A stretch of 62,229 nucleotides of DNA, taken from Myxococcota bacterium (GTDB lineage: Bacteria > Myxococcota > XYA12-FULL-58-9 > JABJBS01). Shown piece by piece: positions 60,264 through 62,229 of the stretch. The stretch is from assembly GCA_036230545.1 (NCBI GenBank), contig JAZAIZ010000212.1, positions 1 through 62,229 on the forward strand, read 5' to 3'. The notes beneath the pieces were generated by a model. That model saw only the letters and a list, made by a program, of their open reading frames with translations. It searched no databases and was not told the DNA's origin. Position numbers and translations under genes: made by a program. Positions within the stretch are counted from its first letter, which is position 1. Each line of letters starts with the position of its first letter.

Positions 60264-61892
60264 TCAGGCGGTGCTTCTGCAGCGCCAGTGGACGTTTAAG
60301 AGCAATCCCAAGCCGAGCATGGTCGTTATGATGCTCGATCCCCCATAGCAAAAAAGCGGCAAGGTCATCCCCACCACCGGGGCCACCCCGATTACCATGC
60401 CCACGTTGATGAGGGTCTGCCACAAAATGAGCGCAGCCACCCCAACGGCCAGAAGGGCTCCATAAGTCTCCCGCGCCTCCGCCGCGATAGCGAAGGCCAT
60501 AATCAAAAGCAGAAGATAAAGCGCCAGCAGAATTGTGCACCCCACAAAGCCCTGCTCCTCGGCCCACACGCTGAAGGCAAAGTCAGTGTGCTGCTCCGGC
60601 AAAAACGAGAAGCGGGTCTGGGTGCCCCCTTTGTGTCCCTGTCCAAACCACCGCCCCGATCCCACCGCAATTAGCGATTGAATGGCGTTCCACCCGGCCC
60701 CGTGAATGTCGTTCTCCGGATCGATGAAGGTCAAAATGCGCCGCTTCTGATAATCCTTCAGGACCCCAAACCAGCCCACCACGGCAACCACGCTCCCAAG
60801 CACTCCCAAAATGGCGATGGACTTCGCTTTAATCCCCACCACAAAGATCATGGTCATTCCGATAAAGACGACGATCCCGGCAGTGCCCAAATCCGGTTCC
60901 ACAAGAATCAAGAGCGCAGGAAGCGCCAGCAAATCAATGGGGGCGATCATCAGGTCGATCAGGGGGCCCTTCCAGCGCCGAAAAGAGAGGATCGAGATGA
61001 TCCCATAAAGCGCAACAAGAGCGCTCAAGGTGCCCCGCAGCCACCATCCGCCGCCGAGGGTGCGGTACATTCCCCCGGAGCCACCTTCAAAGCTCAAGAA
61101 ATTCATCAGGGTGGCAAAGGGATCCCGCAGCCAGTCCCAATCCCAAAACCACGCAAGACAGCACAAGGCCAGGGTCCCAACAATGACCACCCCCCCAATC
61201 AATCGACGCCGACGCAAGGGGGGCCAGGGATTCAGCAGCGCCTGGGCCTGGGACGCGCGAACGATGCTCCAGATTAATCCCCCCGAGCAGACGAAAATCA
61301 TCACCAAACAGAAACAGCGAAACCACATCAGGTCTTCAACCTGAAAAAGAGCGCCCCCCATAGTGGTGTGAATCCACCGCGCCAGCTCCCCCACAGGATC
61401 CAACATCCACGCTTTGTTCCAGCAAACAACCACCACCCCCACCACCAGCAAGGGCCGGCTAATGTTCAAGGGACGAAAGAGTTCCGAGAGAGAATAGCCG
61501 CCCTCTTTGACTCGGGGACCAAAATAGCGGGCCAGACACAATATCGTGGCGATCTTGGCCAATTCCGAGGGCTGAAAGCGAAACGAGCCCAGGGAGATCC
61601 AACGCTGAGCTCCCCCCGCCTTGGTACCAAAGAGAAGCACCGCCAAGAGCAGGACGCAGATGAGCCCGTAGACGAGATACGCCAAGTTCTCACTGAGCCG
61701 ATAATCCACAGCCATGGTCATCACCACCACGACCGCCCCCACCCCCAACCAGGAAAGCTGGGTCCAATAGAGATCGGGATTCTTAGCGGCCGCCGCCGAG
61801 TGCAGGTTATAAACCCCCAGACCCGCCACCAGCACAATGAGGCCAATCAGGGGCCAGTGCAGCTCCCAAAAACGCTCTTTACGAACCTTCAT
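60264..61892 (-). CDS. rodA: Peptidoglycan glycosyltransferase RodA (SEDS family) with a large internal insertion
   Basis: FQPSELAKI, EPDLGTA, QSLIAVGSGRWFGQG, LPEQHTDFAFSV and GMTLPLFCYGGSS are SEDS motifs. ATGA overlap with the upstream PBP2 gene. 542 aa versus about 370 expected. Confidence 0.85.
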   Translation of the reverse strand: MKVRKERFWELHWPLIGLIVLVAGLGVYNLHSAAAAKNPDLYWTQLSWLGVGAVVVVMTMAVDYRLSENLAYLVYGLICVLLLAVLLFGTKAGGAQRWISLGSFRFQPSELAKIATILCLARYFGPRVKEGGYSLSELFRPLNISRPLLVVGVVVVCWNKAWMLDPVGELARWIHTTMGGALFQVEDLMWFRCFCLVMIFVCSGGLIWSIVRASQAQALLNPWPPLRRRRLIGGVVIVGTLALCCLAWFWDWDWLRDPFATLMNFLSFEGGSGGMYRTLGGGWWLRGTLSALVALYGIISILSFRRWKGPLIDLMIAPIDLLALPALLILVEPDLGTAGIVVFIGMTMIFVVGIKAKSIAILGVLGSVVAVVGWFGVLKDYQKRRILTFIDPENDIHGAGWNAIQSLIAVGSGRWFGQGHKGGTQTRFSFLPEQHTDFAFSVWAEEQGFVGCTILLALYLLLLIMAFAIAAEARETYGALLAVGVAALILWQTLINVGMVIGVAPVVGMTLPLFCYGGSSIITTMLGLGLLLNVHWRCRSTA

Positions 61893-62229
61893 GGCACCTC
61901 ACCCCCTTCAAAAGTCGACGCCGCTCCCGACCCAAGGGCCAAGGTGGAGCGCTCTGCCTTTAATTGAAAATAGGCATCGATCACCTTCACCGCGATGGGG
62001 CCGGCCATAGCGCCACCATGCCCCGCGTGCTCATTCACCACCACAACCACAAGCTCCGGCGCTTCAATTGGGGCGTAGGCTGCAAACCAGGCATGATCCC
62101 GGGAGAAATATTTCATATCAGCGGACTTTTCCCGGACGGAGCCAAGGCGAACCACCTGAGCCGTCCCGGTCTTGCCTGCCATGGAGACCACCGACGAGCG
62201 ACGCAGGTATCCCGTCCCCCCCGGCTCCT
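61889..62229 (-). CDS. mrdA: Penicillin-binding protein 2 (MrdA), C-terminal part; 5' end lies beyond the window
   Basis: MAGKTGTAQV (KTG motif), DHAWFAAYAP. The frame is open to the window edge. Confidence 0.8.
   Translation of the reverse strand, partial: EPGGTGYLRRSSVVSMAGKTGTAQVVRLGSVREKSADMKYFSRDHAWFAAYAPIEAPELVVVVVNEHAGHGGAMAGPIAVKVIDAYFQLKAERSTLALGSGAASTFEGGEVP

Overview
GC-rich, densely coding chromosomal segment from a Gram-negative bacterium. Evidence for that: FadL-like outer-membrane barrel, lipobox lipoproteins, a PBP2-RodA pair. Gene content looks deltaproteobacterial or myxobacterial, but lineage cannot be fixed from this window. About 55 protein genes are called. No rRNA, tRNA, CRISPR array, transposase or integrase was recognised.

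Most of the window is core metabolism:
- a three-subunit xanthine-dehydrogenase-family molybdoenzyme
- pepN, rpiB, a divergent ppc, gloA
- a complete suf Fe-S assembly operon (A-type carrier, Rrf2 regulator, sufBCDS, sufU, sufT, DUF971), flanked by other Fe-S/Moco genes (ferredoxin-like protein, lone nuoB-like gene, moaA, a Grx fusion protein)
- speE and an AdoMet decarboxylase, smc, pntAA-pntAB-pntB, rsmD-coaD, trxA, mrdA-rodA

Two loci stand out.
1. 49201-58251 (minus strand) encodes a stand-alone 3016-aa iterative PKS / PUFA-synthase-like megasynthase. Its domain order is non-canonical: KS-CP-AT-KS-CP-CP-CP-KR-DH-PPTase (CP = carrier domain). All four carrier domains carry Thr where the phosphopantetheinyl Ser is expected. 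No ER, TE or partner subunits lie nearby.
2. 45524-47292 holds a tandem pair of DsbA-like lipoprotein paralogues. One reads CPYC. The other has an in-frame TGA exactly at the first Cys (U/stop-PYC), followed 11 nt later by a SECIS-like hairpin. This is a candidate selenoprotein that the ORF track splits into two fragments.

Smaller oddities:
- a CGFS glutaredoxin / Cys-less A-type-carrier-like / rhodanese triple fusion
- a YyaL-thioredoxin-domain / aldo-keto-reductase fusion
- a lipoprotein resembling a copper type-II monooxygenase (PHM/DBH type), with an N-terminal CxxCH
- a RodA with an insertion of about 165 aa
- an AT-rich perfect palindrome that is a likely Rrf2 operator

All functional calls rest on motifs read by eye from the translations. 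No database search was run.
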